Virus record (IMG/VR): IMGVR_UViG_3300028840_002431
Location: 352,540-416,539 of that record
Strand: one strand, 5' to 3'
Length of the DNA: 64,000 nt
A model generated the notes under the pieces. That model was not told the DNA's origin. It did not search any database and saw nothing but the letters and a program-made list of their open reading frames with translations. Made by a program: the position numbers and the translations under genes. Every line of letters begins with the position of its first letter. The first letter of the stretch is position 1. Positions 39,489 through 48,800 of the stretch are shown piece after piece.

Positions 39489-39906
39489 GCTTCTCTTGCT
39501 CGCCGGTTAACTGAGATGCCTCTTTCTCCAGCTTCTTACGAGCCTCCTTTCCCTGATCGCTCATAGGTTCATAATCAACATAACCCTCCCCGGTGTGCCG
39601 GATAAGTGCGCGAGTTTCTCCCTGTTTTCTCGCTTCTTCTTTCACCTTGTCGCGCTCTTTGATGTAATCCCACCGCCTCTTAGCGCTACGCCCCACGGCC
39701 TTATCGGCCGTCGGGTAGTCTTGATCATGGACTCCAGAATTGGCCGCTGACGCGCCCCCTTCAGCGAACGAAAATCCGAATCCGGACATTACGAGCGGAG
39801 CTTGATCCTGACACTCCGGGCACTCGTGCGTCGGGTGGTCCCCCACCTTCAAGCTGCGCTCAAAACGAAGATTACACACTGGACACTCAAATACGTATTT
39901 GGGCAT
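39484..39906 (-). CDS. FmdB-family zinc-ribbon protein
   Basis: MPKYVFECPVC..RFE...ECPEC...LVMSGFGFSF pattern. Confidence 0.75.
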   Translation of the reverse strand: MPKYVFECPVCNLRFERSLKVGDHPTHECPECQDQAPLVMSGFGFSFAEGGASAANSGVHDQDYPTADKAVGRSAKRRWDYIKERDKVKEEARKQGETRALIRHTGEGYVDYEPMSDQGKEARKKLEKEASQLTGEQEKR

Positions 39907-39939
39907 TTTTTAATCCGATCTGTTATATATTTTGACAAC

Positions 39940-41133
39940 CTAGAGAATTCTCTCGAAATTATTGTTACGACCCGCGATGACGGGGATCGTGGAGAAAAAC
40001 AGATTGCTCTGAACGTCGCCGCTGATGGTGGACGTTTGAGGTTCGTTAGGAGAGGTAGCCCGGTCCGTTTCCGGAGTCGTCGGCGTCGCCTGACTGATTG
40101 TTAGAGGCAACGGGACATGGATCTCCCAGTCCGCCTGGACCTGGAGAGACAGCGAAGCGTTGTAGAAGTAATCGTCCCCCGTCTCGTCGTACACTTCTTC
40201 GGCTTCTCCCCCTATGGAAATGTCAGTGATTTCAATACCTTCGGTGGATAAAGTGTCCCTCTTCTGACCCCAGAGGTACATAACAATGAGATCGGCTATC
40301 TCCTCCATCTGGGTCGTATCCCTGGCTATGGCATCGAAATCAAACGACGCCTCGAACCTCCCTCCAAAAGCCCTTGCGGCCTCAACCCGATCTTCATACA
40401 CAACCACCGCTACCTTATCCCCCTTCTTGGCCCGTTTGCCGAAAGCGAGGACCACACCCGGTAGAGTTTGAAAATCACCAGTGTTCCACCGGAACTTAAC
40501 AGGTCCCACCGACGGAACCGCGTACCTGTAGTCGGCTGTTAGAACGGCCCCGGCCGGTGAACGAGCTATTAGCTCGATCGCCCCCGTGTCGTAATTCACG
40601 TTGTAGTGCTGTCCTTCTACCAACAGGAACTTGTGGTTTTCCCACAGGCGCAATGTTCCGACAACCGGGCGTTGTTGGAGTTGCGCCTCACTCTCAACAC
40701 CTGTTACAAACTTGAGAACCGGCTCGTCGTTGACTGTTAGAAGCGGATCGATCACGAACTCACCCTCTGTTTGAGGATCGTCCGGGGCACTCAGGATTTC
40801 GATGTAGTAAATCCCAGGAGGTGCTGGCATCACGCCGTCGTTCGCTTCTATACAACCAAGGTCCTCCTTGACCCATTCTAACGGGTACTTAGGAGCGCCC
40901 ACGTAAGCCAACATCACATGGCTCATTACCGACCCCATAAAGTTGTCGGCGGAGAGTTGAATCTTGTTAGCGCTGGACCCCTTTACAACAATCCCGAACT
41001 GTGGCCGTTCCTTGAAAGAGTATCGATTCTGAATGTACGGAACGACCTTCTCGTAGACCGGGTGTCGAGAAAAACTATCCTTTAGCTCCAGAACGAGCCG
41101 ACGCTTAAGCGCTTGTGTGAGATAATAATACAC
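39940..41133 (-). CDS. Tail terminator / tail completion protein (gp15-like) with inserted beta domain
   Basis: Located just upstream of the sheath. C-terminal FDFDAIARDTTQMEEIADLI...YNASLSLQVQADWE fits a terminator-type fold. Confidence 0.5.
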   Translation of the reverse strand: MYYYLTQALKRRLVLELKDSFSRHPVYEKVVPYIQNRYSFKERPQFGIVVKGSSANKIQLSADNFMGSVMSHVMLAYVGAPKYPLEWVKEDLGCIEANDGVMPAPPGIYYIEILSAPDDPQTEGEFVIDPLLTVNDEPVLKFVTGVESEAQLQQRPVVGTLRLWENHKFLLVEGQHYNVNYDTGAIELIARSPAGAVLTADYRYAVPSVGPVKFRWNTGDFQTLPGVVLAFGKRAKKGDKVAVVVYEDRVEAARAFGGRFEASFDFDAIARDTTQMEEIADLIVMYLWGQKRDTLSTEGIEITDISIGGEAEEVYDETGDDYFYNASLSLQVQADWEIHVPLPLTISQATPTTPETDRATSPNEPQTSTISGDVQSNLFFSTIPVIAGRNNNFERIL

Positions 41134-41134
41134 A

Positions 41135-42220
41135 TCACCCGTCTGCGTGCTCTTCCATAGCGAGGACCAAAAGCCCTTCCGCTACGGCTGTCATTGGATC
41201 TCTGGCGGTACGGATCTCGCTGATCTCTATCGGGAACCCGCGCCTCTTGACGGCCTCGAACTCCTCGGTGAAGACCTTCATAAACCCGTTCGCCTTACTC
41301 GTTCCCCCAGACACCACGAATGGGACAGGGTCGGGTAGATCAATAGCTGCCTGAACCTTCTTGAATTGGACCGCGATATTGTCCAAGCAATACTTGATCA
41401 AAGCCCGGATATACAGGGCGATGGCTTCTTCTTCCCGGTTTGTGGGATTTGACAGATCTACACCCTTCTCCTTGATGGCGCACATCCTGGATGCTGTGGA
41501 GCCGATGGCCTTGGCCGCGTGAGCATCGACCCAGTCCCCACATCTCGCCAGGGCGAAGTCCAACCCTTTCACCGTCTGGTAAGACAGGGCTATATTCATC
41601 ATACCGCTGCCGAAAGACGCGGCGAGACCGGAGAAATTCTCGTTCATGCACTGCGAGTAAATAATAGCCATCGCCTCATTCATGGGATGAGGTGTGTACC
41701 CCAACTCCGTGAGGATCTTCCGGAACACCTCCGTGTGGTAGATGATATCCTGGCCGACATCGTCCACAGGCTCAGCCGGAACACTGTAGAAGCAATGCTC
41801 GTTAGGCGAGACCGGCTTGCCGAGCACGTTCTCAATCAACAGGCTCAAAATCTGTTGCGCTTCTAACTCAGCGGACGAAATGATGCCGTGAGACAGCGGG
41901 CGGCGCACCTCCCGCTTGAACAGATTCGCCATGTTGAGAGCCGGGTCCCCTAACACGACAAGGGTGTCTCCTTGCTCGACGTAGTCAACTTGGGACAGGC
42001 GTAAGGTTTTCTTGGTCTCGATGTCCAGATCAATGAACACGTCCCGAATGCGCTTGGTCTCTATTTGATTACCGCCCGTCTGACGAGCCGACACCAAGTT
42101 CATGGTTCCCAAGTCCAGGCCACACCCAGGCGCGGACGCAGTCGCTGGAGCCGGGGCAGCGGGTTTGGCCGGTGGTTGCTGCGGGGGTGGTTGCGGTTGT
42201 TGAGGTTGGTCTTGCGCCAT
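41135..42220 (-). CDS. Actin-fold ATPase (MreB/FtsA/ParM superfamily)
   Basis: Phosphate-1 GLDLGTMN, connect-1 PMNEAMA, phosphate-2-like SFGSGMMNIA, adenosine VVSGGTS, connect-2 DPMTAVAEG. Confidence 0.85.
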   Translation of the reverse strand: MAQDQPQQPQPPPQQPPAKPAAPAPATASAPGCGLDLGTMNLVSARQTGGNQIETKRIRDVFIDLDIETKKTLRLSQVDYVEQGDTLVVLGDPALNMANLFKREVRRPLSHGIISSAELEAQQILSLLIENVLGKPVSPNEHCFYSVPAEPVDDVGQDIIYHTEVFRKILTELGYTPHPMNEAMAIIYSQCMNENFSGLAASFGSGMMNIALSYQTVKGLDFALARCGDWVDAHAAKAIGSTASRMCAIKEKGVDLSNPTNREEEAIALYIRALIKYCLDNIAVQFKKVQAAIDLPDPVPFVVSGGTSKANGFMKVFTEEFEAVKRRGFPIEISEIRTARDPMTAVAEGLLVLAMEEHADG

Positions 42221-42261
42221 CTGATCTTCTCCAATCTGATCTTAGCTCGCCCGAAGGCGAG
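42221..42261 (-). promoter_or_regulatory. C(UUCG)G tetraloop hairpin plus tandem AAGATCAGAT repeats in the actin-gene leader
   Basis: mRNA strand: CTCGCC-TTCG-GGCGAG (42246-42261), then AAGATCAGAT twice, the second overlapping the ATG. Confidence 0.55.
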
Positions 42262-42267
42262 AACTGC

Positions 42268-42801
42268 CTATCGACGGTAAGTGTAAGCAACTCGCCCACC
42301 TGCTCGTTGCTGAAGCAGGTATAAGAACTCCTCATGTTTATCAGCTACACCTTGAATCAGGTTATCTAACCCGTTTGTGAGCGTTCCCTTGGCGTCAAGG
42401 CTCTCCCTGGCAGCGTTGAGACACCCAACAACACACTTTTCCGTCGCCAAACTCACGGCCACCATCTCGTCGGCACTCGGCCGATCTTCGGGCGACCACG
42501 CATTGACGAAGACACTCATCACCTCCATCTGAGTAACTGGACACACCAAATCCGGGTGTCCTAAGCCCATGGCCTTCTCAGCCATCTGGTCGATGAAAAG
42601 CTGAGAATCCTCGTACAGACGCTCGAAAAGTATATGGTCCCCGTAATACGAGGGACCAGCCGTCCGCCAATGGTGGCTCTGGTGCATCGCATTGGCCGCC
42701 CTTAGAATCGCTGTAAGCGCTCCCAACTCCGCCATCGGAAGTCCGGCGAAGCTTTGACACGCCTGAGCGAAATAAGGACTGGCCTCATTCGCTACACGCA
42801 T
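42268..42801 (-). CDS. Dps/ferritin-like protein
   Basis: HHW..GPSYYGDHILFERLYE....IDQMAEK matches the Dps ferroxidase-centre pattern; C-terminal DKHEEFLYLL. Confidence 0.75.
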   Translation of the reverse strand: MRVANEASPYFAQACQSFAGLPMAELGALTAILRAANAMHQSHHWRTAGPSYYGDHILFERLYEDSQLFIDQMAEKAMGLGHPDLVCPVTQMEVMSVFVNAWSPEDRPSADEMVAVSLATEKCVVGCLNAARESLDAKGTLTNGLDNLIQGVADKHEEFLYLLQQRAGGRVAYTYRR

Positions 42802-42807
42802 GATGGC

Positions 42808-43092
42808 CTACTTCCAGTTCTTTTCGCCAGCTTCTTTGCCGCCTTCGCCGCCTTCGTCACCGCCCTTGAGATCCTGGACCATGGCCGAAAACTGAGTCCG
42901 AACCGGAGCGCCCTTAAGAGACTTTCCAGTCCACGGGGACTTGCACGGCATTACCTTCTCATCAAGGTAGAACGTTTTCGAGCCGTCAGTGTACTTCCAC
43001 ATGACGGGAGCCGCCGCCGTCTTTGTCTCAACAGCGGTGCGCTCCGCAATCTCGTTGGCCTGACTCAGTACGCTTGCTTGTCTCGGATGCAT
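42808..43092 (-). CDS. Small hypothetical protein with RQAS/KTAA motifs
   Basis: 94 aa; fills the gap between neighbours. Confidence 0.65.
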   Translation of the reverse strand: MHPRQASVLSQANEIAERTAVETKTAAAPVMWKYTDGSKTFYLDEKVMPCKSPWTGKSLKGAPVRTQFSAMVQDLKGGDEGGEGGKEAGEKNWK

Positions 43093-43165
43093 GAGAATAT
43101 TCCCTTTGTGTTAAAAACCACGGTTTTCAAAACCACTCCACTTGTGCTTCAACAAGAAAACTTTA

Positions 43166-43762
43166 TCAATGACCCTTCTTTCTCAGTTTTCTGAGGGCGT
43201 TTGCCGCGCTAACAGCGTCAGAAGTGGCGGATTCACCCTTCACGTCGATTCTAACGTTAGCGTCCTCAGGGTGTATCTGATCGGGTAGGTACATGGGGGC
43301 CGACCCGTCTACTGTCTCTTCTTCCGTAACCGGGGCAGCGGCGGTTGCCACTTGGCCCGGCATTACAACCACAGGGCGTTCCTGTAACGCAGCTAGAATT
43401 TCGTCTAATTTACGGGCGGTTTGGGTGTCATCCTTATCCCGTAATTCTTTGTTCTCGGCTTCTAACGCCCTGACTCTGGAAGATAGCTCCTGGACCTGGG
43501 TTTCTAACTGGCTCGTGTTACTGGCGGCTTGTTGAGTCGAGGTCGGCGCGGGTGGCGCTGCCGATGGAAGCTGAAAAAGGTGATGTTGGCTGATCCCCCG
43601 CCACAGATCCTTGGACTGGACCGCCAACTCTCCCGGAATAGTCACTGTCACCCCATGAGGCACTTCCCGGCGAATGTCCTCTATCTTGTGAGACGGGGAG
43701 ACCATCCCAATGACCTTGACATCCCCTCTCCGACTCGCTCGAAAAATATGCCCCTTCATCAT
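43166..43762 (-). CDS. Hypothetical protein with central coiled coil
   Basis: 198 aa; LETQVQELSSRVRALEAENKELR heptads. Confidence 0.7.
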   Translation of the reverse strand: MMKGHIFRASRRGDVKVIGMVSPSHKIEDIRREVPHGVTVTIPGELAVQSKDLWRGISQHHLFQLPSAAPPAPTSTQQAASNTSQLETQVQELSSRVRALEAENKELRDKDDTQTARKLDEILAALQERPVVVMPGQVATAAAPVTEEETVDGSAPMYLPDQIHPEDANVRIDVKGESATSDAVSAANALRKLRKKGH

Positions 43763-44263
43763 TTACCTCGTCCAAGCTTCGCGTATTTTCTTCCGCGCTC
43801 CATCTCTAAATTTCTTCTTGAGAAAGGCCCGTGATTCCTCTTTCGCTTTATCCACAAAACCCGACGGCGGCCTACCGGGATGAACCCACCTTCCGTCAGC
43901 CATCGACTTGGCCGTCGCGCTCCGGAATACCAATTCCCCAGTTTCGGTCACGATGGGTATCGGTTTACGGGCCTTGGTTAACCATTTCATCTGCTCCGAC
44001 TTCTGGCCCTTCACGAGCGGTGCAAATGCCGGGTGAGTCGCCGTGATTTGGAGGCTCGACGGCTTTATCTCAATCTTGATGGACTGGCTTATCGCTCTCT
44101 TGGCCCGATCTGAAAAACCCGTCTGCATCAACTCCCTCTTGACGCGCCGAAGAAGATCCGTCTTCGACCTCTTGAGGATGGTGTTCAGGTCCCCGGTGTT
44201 CGGTAGTTCACCGGGGAGTAAGGGTTTCATGTAAACCCGCGACGCTATGAAGGGCTTAGGCAT
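43763..44263 (-). CDS. Neck/tail-completion protein (HK97 gp10-like)
   Basis: Basic 166 aa protein with a VHPG..PSGFVDKA motif; follows the head-closure gene. Confidence 0.45.
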   Translation of the reverse strand: MPKPFIASRVYMKPLLPGELPNTGDLNTILKRSKTDLLRRVKRELMQTGFSDRAKRAISQSIKIEIKPSSLQITATHPAFAPLVKGQKSEQMKWLTKARKPIPIVTETGELVFRSATAKSMADGRWVHPGRPPSGFVDKAKEESRAFLKKKFRDGARKKIREAWTR

Positions 44264-45622
44264 CTACCACTCTATGTTTTCCCACACCTTGGTGCGTCCT
44301 CTTAGCTCACGCTCGTCCGGGATGTTGGGTTTCTCGGTTGGCTTTGCTTCCGCCTCAAGCTCCGGGCCGTGAGGCTTGAACTGGACTGCGTCGTATTTGA
44401 CCGGGTCGCCCACCGGGACCTGATACCGGATGTCCTTCTCGTCCAGGTGGCCGATGTTGAAGTGTTGTTGGAGAACCATTCCCCGGTTACTCGGGAACCT
44501 GACCGGGCCTATCGAGTACCGGACACCATTGATCTTCACCAGAAAGTCCCGTTGGGAAAGGATAGGCATCGGGCCTGTCCACACCTCATAAACGTGCTCC
44601 ACGGTCCTTCCCGTATCCCTCTGGGCTTTCCGCCTCTCGGCATCGTCCGGGGCTATCATGGCCTCGTACGGACCTTCATAGCCGCCCAAAACGCCAGTCC
44701 CGTAACACTTCCGACAGTCATTCAAAGGCTGTCCGTAATGCTCTGCCTGGAAGCACGAGCAAGGGACTCCCACCTCCTTACGGATGAACAGCTTCACCCG
44801 CTCACCGCCTTGAGACAATATCCACCGATTACGCCGGACAGCTTCCCGCCAGATATAGTCCAGCTTCTCGATTTCCATCGAGTTGGTGGCCACTGCGTTC
44901 TCAATCGGCGTCTCAACCATCTGCTCGCACTGGACCTGAGTCAGGTCACATTTCAGCGGCACTCCGACGGTCGTGAGCCGGTAAAAGACCCGCTGGTCAA
45001 GATCGGTCTTGAGTAAGGATCGGTTGCGCCGGTACGTGACCGTCACCCGGCTATCGGGACCAGGGACCAACGAAGGGTCTAGCTTCTGAGTCTCGACATC
45101 CGCGTAGATGAACGGGTCGATTTCGACCTCTCCGGAGAACCCATCCACCCGCAATGGCTGGACTGTCTGGCCGTCGATCTTTACCCAAACGTCGTCTGGC
45201 AAATTAGCCGTGACGGCCTGGGACCCCTCCTTGACGATCGGGCAGAGAAGTGTCTTGAAAATCCACCGGGGAGCCTTGGTCCCGGCCCCACACTCGCCCC
45301 TTATAATCCACCGGTCTTCTGTAACCTCCTCGTCGATCACGAGTTCGTTGTCTGTCCGGTCTCGCCAGAAGGAGGCACAGGCCAAGGTGTCAGAAATACG
45401 GAAGAAGGGACCATACTCCGAATCGAAGGAGCGGTAGATGTTAACACCAAGGATTTTGAACTGGCTGTTCAACGCCAGAATCGCCGGATTGTCCCACGTA
45501 AGATCGTATATCCCCGGCTCGAAACCACTGGTCAAGAAGACGTTGAGCGGCGGTAACGGCCACGGAGTCTTTGTATACTCCAGGGTCGTTATGTTCCGAT
45601 CCCGGTTAGTGATATAGGCCAT
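44264..45622 (-). CDS. Head-closure/neck protein (gp14-like) with Zn-finger
   Basis: GERVKLFIRK...CSC...CRKCYGTG...RDFLVKINGVRYSIGPV...QQHFNI pattern; located in the neck region. Confidence 0.55.
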   Translation of the reverse strand: MAYITNRDRNITTLEYTKTPWPLPPLNVFLTSGFEPGIYDLTWDNPAILALNSQFKILGVNIYRSFDSEYGPFFRISDTLACASFWRDRTDNELVIDEEVTEDRWIIRGECGAGTKAPRWIFKTLLCPIVKEGSQAVTANLPDDVWVKIDGQTVQPLRVDGFSGEVEIDPFIYADVETQKLDPSLVPGPDSRVTVTYRRNRSLLKTDLDQRVFYRLTTVGVPLKCDLTQVQCEQMVETPIENAVATNSMEIEKLDYIWREAVRRNRWILSQGGERVKLFIRKEVGVPCSCFQAEHYGQPLNDCRKCYGTGVLGGYEGPYEAMIAPDDAERRKAQRDTGRTVEHVYEVWTGPMPILSQRDFLVKINGVRYSIGPVRFPSNRGMVLQQHFNIGHLDEKDIRYQVPVGDPVKYDAVQFKPHGPELEAEAKPTEKPNIPDERELRGRTKVWENIEW

Positions 45623-45668
45623 GTGGCAAACCTCTACACTAGAGCTTTACCACAAGAAAAAGCGCGGC

Positions 45669-46001
45669 CTACGACGGCGGCTCTCCCGGTGGTGGTCCCT
45701 CTAGGACGCTCAACAAACCAGTCTTCGGGTCTATCTCCGCCTGAACATCAGGTGACAAACCTCTGTCCGTGATCACCTTCTCGAACACCCGTGATTTCTG
45801 CACGTTAACCTGATGGGACGCCGACAATATCTGGACCCGGCTTTCTTCAAGCGCCAAGAATTGGAGGGCTAAATCAATACGGGCCTCGTCCAACTCGTTG
45901 AGGCGCTGGATAACCTCCGGAGGAACGGGGTCGTTCAGGGTTAGTTTCTTGGGCTTTTCCGGCTGTTTTCCGGGCTTTTTGCCAGCGTCTTTTTTGGGCA
46001 T
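45669..46001 (-). CDS. Hypothetical protein
   Basis: 110 aa with Lys/Pro N-terminus and a helical core. Confidence 0.65.
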   Translation of the reverse strand: MPKKDAGKKPGKQPEKPKKLTLNDPVPPEVIQRLNELDEARIDLALQFLALEESRVQILSASHQVNVQKSRVFEKVITDRGLSPDVQAEIDPKTGLLSVLEGPPPGEPPS

Positions 46002-46018
46002 GTGGGTACCTACACCAA

Positions 46019-47482
46019 TCAGGTAACAGCCTTCACGAATTCAGACAGGGCCTTACGGTACTTACCAGGGGCGCTGCGTTTGAGAGCCTTGAAGAACTCG
46101 TGGGGTTTCAGCATGTCTATCGCTCTGTAGCCACCCAAAGCGTCCGCTTTCTCCTGCCAGTCCCGGTCACGGTAGTCTGGAAACGGAATCGTGCCGGTAA
46201 ACAATTTGACGGCCGACCGAAGCTCCAACGGCGCTGGTAATGCTTCGCCGTCCCTTTTTCGTTCCTTAAGTTGATCCCGATGTTCCTTCTGGGCTTGCTT
46301 CCAGTGCCACTCGAACGAATCAATCGAGTCCGCGAGCCTAGTGTAAAACTCGATGTCGTCCAGGGCGTGAAAGTCCAACTGCCTAACTGAGAGGCCCTGG
46401 TCCTTTAGCCGTTGGCGTAACTTGATAACCTCCGGGTCATCCTTTCTGTACGAAGGGTGTCCGGGGTCGTACTGTTGTCGAAACTCTGGGGTCTGAATCT
46501 TACGAGAAGGGAAACCAGGGCGACGACCCCGCATTTCCGGCAGCATCAATGTACTCCGGTCCACAGCATAGGCCATATAACTCTGAGCAAAATGCTGTAG
46601 CTCGTGCCGCAACGACTTGCCAAGACCCTCTAACCCTTCCCATCGGAGGGTGTCGGGGATAATAATCGTCAGAAGCCTCTGAGGATCGTACCAAAAAGCC
46701 TTGACCCCTTTTGTCGCCTTGGTTGTCAGCTTTACCTTTATCCCCTGCCAACCGAGCTTCGTCCTCTCGATGGACTTCTTGAGGTCTTCTAACAACTGCT
46801 TACGCATCTCCGCGACCTCAGGCTTGGCCGACTCGTCTTTTTCTCCCAGGAACTTAACGGTCCCCTTCAACTCTTCTACGTGCTCGTCTATTTGCTTCTG
46901 GAGTTTCTTTTCCAGATCCTTCGTATCGTATCGCCAGCCCTTGAGATTGATGGGAAACTCCCTCACGGCCTCGTCGCCTTTGAGTGTAACGCCGGGCTGA
47001 ATCCTCTTCTTGATACTGGCTATTTCACGTTGAATGTCGGCTATGTCCTGTCTCTTACTCTCGTAGTGACCGTCCACACGACCCTTGTAGTACTCATACC
47101 TATTGTCGGCTCGCTCTTGAAGATCCTTTTGCTTCTCAGGGGTCATCTTCTGAAACAACCGGATGCTGTCACGTTCCCCAGGATGCCCAAAGACCCACGA
47201 AACGTCGTAGAACGCTTTGTAGTTCTTCCACGTCGGGTTGGTCTTGTACTCTTTGGCGACATCCAAAAGCTGTGACAGCCTCTTATCGTAGTCCGTTTTT
47301 TCCTTCCGACCCTTCAACAAGGACTGTGCTTTCTTAAGTTCATGGTCGGAAACGACGGCTACAACCCAGTCGTAAATCTCTTCGTACATGGCGGGCGGCG
47401 CTTCGAATATCCCGGCGACTCGTAAGGCCGCTTCCCTACGACGGTCGTAGCTGTAGAACGTCGTACGATCGTAGGTGTACAT
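46019..47482 (-). CDS. Hypothetical protein with HExxH zinc-metallopeptidase-like motif
   Basis: LRHELQHFAQSY plus a downstream DDIEF; N-terminal REAALRVAG tag. Confidence 0.55.
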   Translation of the reverse strand: MYTYDRTTFYSYDRRREAALRVAGIFEAPPAMYEEIYDWVVAVVSDHELKKAQSLLKGRKEKTDYDKRLSQLLDVAKEYKTNPTWKNYKAFYDVSWVFGHPGERDSIRLFQKMTPEKQKDLQERADNRYEYYKGRVDGHYESKRQDIADIQREIASIKKRIQPGVTLKGDEAVREFPINLKGWRYDTKDLEKKLQKQIDEHVEELKGTVKFLGEKDESAKPEVAEMRKQLLEDLKKSIERTKLGWQGIKVKLTTKATKGVKAFWYDPQRLLTIIIPDTLRWEGLEGLGKSLRHELQHFAQSYMAYAVDRSTLMLPEMRGRRPGFPSRKIQTPEFRQQYDPGHPSYRKDDPEVIKLRQRLKDQGLSVRQLDFHALDDIEFYTRLADSIDSFEWHWKQAQKEHRDQLKERKRDGEALPAPLELRSAVKLFTGTIPFPDYRDRDWQEKADALGGYRAIDMLKPHEFFKALKRSAPGKYRKALSEFVKAVT

Positions 47483-48402
47483 CAGAAACCTACGAATTTT
47501 CTAGGACTTAGAACGCCCCGGCCGACGTACGGACCGAAGGAACTCCGAATACCAATACCGAACCTGGGTTGTTGTAGACCCTTGACGACGTTGACGGTAA
47601 GCTTCGCCTTCTCGATTTGCTTATCGAATTGGTCTGACGCCGCTTGGTACGCAGACTCGTATTTACTCGACTTATCCAGAGCCAACGAGATGCCACCAAT
47701 GTTGTAGTCGAACTCGTCAGCGATCCAGTTGATCCGCAGAGCCTGTAGGGCGTGGACCATGGCTCCCGTCAACAACAGAGTCCGCCATTCCGGTTGTTGT
47801 GCAACCAATTGATCAACGCTGGAAAATGGGGTCCTAGGCGGTTGGGCCGAAATCATGTCCAAAGAACGTAAGAGGTACTCGTGAAGCTCCACGTCTTCCC
47901 AGATGTAACCGAACACCCGGCTGAATTGCTGGACTGTTTCCTCGTGCGTAGGAGGTCTAAAATGATAGTTCCGGTCCGGGTTGTTATCCCGGAGTAAGAT
48001 CCGCAACCGGCCCATCAGGTTCAACTCTTGAACCGTAGCCTCCAACGCCCCGCCCGTAATCAAACTGGCGCTGGCCGAAGACAACCCGGCCTTATCGACC
48101 ACAGAGAACTCCTGGACGACTTGTTGAGGAGGGCCTCCAACGAGTTCTCGGAAGTTCCACCTGATTCTATAATCGCCAAGATTGGCGTCCAAGGGCACAA
48201 CGATGGATGCGTAGTATTCCCCCACAGAAGGGTTAGCCGGTTCGCGTTTGGGCACGCCCACCAGGACTTCTTGGCCCGTTGTGAAATCGTACAGGCCATA
48301 CGAGATCTCGGCCGCGTTGACCGGGGTGTTAGAAGAATTGACCAGAAAGATGTTCAGGTCCGCCCGGCCAAGTTGCTGCCCTCTGTAGAAAGTGACGCCC
48401 AT
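47482..48402 (-). CDS. Head-tail adaptor/neck protein (gp13-like) with N-terminal Ig-like domain
   Basis: Helical C-terminal adaptor-like part (RLRILLRDNNP...DEFDYNIGGISLALDKSSKY); N-terminal beta domain paralogous to the C-terminus of 50708-51448. Confidence 0.55.
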   Translation of the reverse strand: MGVTFYRGQQLGRADLNIFLVNSSNTPVNAAEISYGLYDFTTGQEVLVGVPKREPANPSVGEYYASIVVPLDANLGDYRIRWNFRELVGGPPQQVVQEFSVVDKAGLSSASASLITGGALEATVQELNLMGRLRILLRDNNPDRNYHFRPPTHEETVQQFSRVFGYIWEDVELHEYLLRSLDMISAQPPRTPFSSVDQLVAQQPEWRTLLLTGAMVHALQALRINWIADEFDYNIGGISLALDKSSKYESAYQAASDQFDKQIEKAKLTVNVVKGLQQPRFGIGIRSSFGPYVGRGVLSPRKFVGF

Positions 48403-48404
48403 AC

Positions 48405-48800
48405 TTACTCATTGTAGTACAACGCCTGGGCAAGCAAGCTCATCAGGCTGTTTATCTGGCTCACCTTGCCTTCAAAGCGCTTGAACTCTCTGTTGAACGC
48501 GCCGTCACGCATCTTTTTGATGTGCTTCAAAACGTCTCTCGCCCACCGTTCCGAGATGCCGCCCAGAGCCTTTTCGATCTTATCGAGCGCCGTCTTGGTG
48601 GCCGGTTTGATCCTGGGGTACTTGCCCACCAAATCCGCAAGGCGTTTCACCTTGGAGTCTTTTAGGTCTGGTTCAGCGTCCACGATAGCATCGAACCAGT
48701 CGTCAGTGGAGGCGTCCCACGCCGCTGTCCGAACAGCCGCCTCAAAAGCTACACGTGGGTCGGCTTGAAGCGCCTTTTCAAATGCTTTACGCGGGTTCAT
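48405..48800 (-). CDS. Small helical protein with tandem PRKAFEKAL/PRVAFEAAVRTAA tags
   Basis: 131 aa; ATGA overlap with the upstream gene. Confidence 0.75.
   Translation of the reverse strand: MNPRKAFEKALQADPRVAFEAAVRTAAWDASTDDWFDAIVDAEPDLKDSKVKRLADLVGKYPRIKPATKTALDKIEKALGGISERWARDVLKHIKKMRDGAFNREFKRFEGKVSQINSLMSLLAQALYYNE

Noticed and set aside
39907-39939. Sigma70-like promoter (TTGTCA followed by AT-rich TATATAA) upstream of the FmdB-like gene
   Set aside because: No proper -10 hexamer at 16-18 nt spacing; it cannot be supported.
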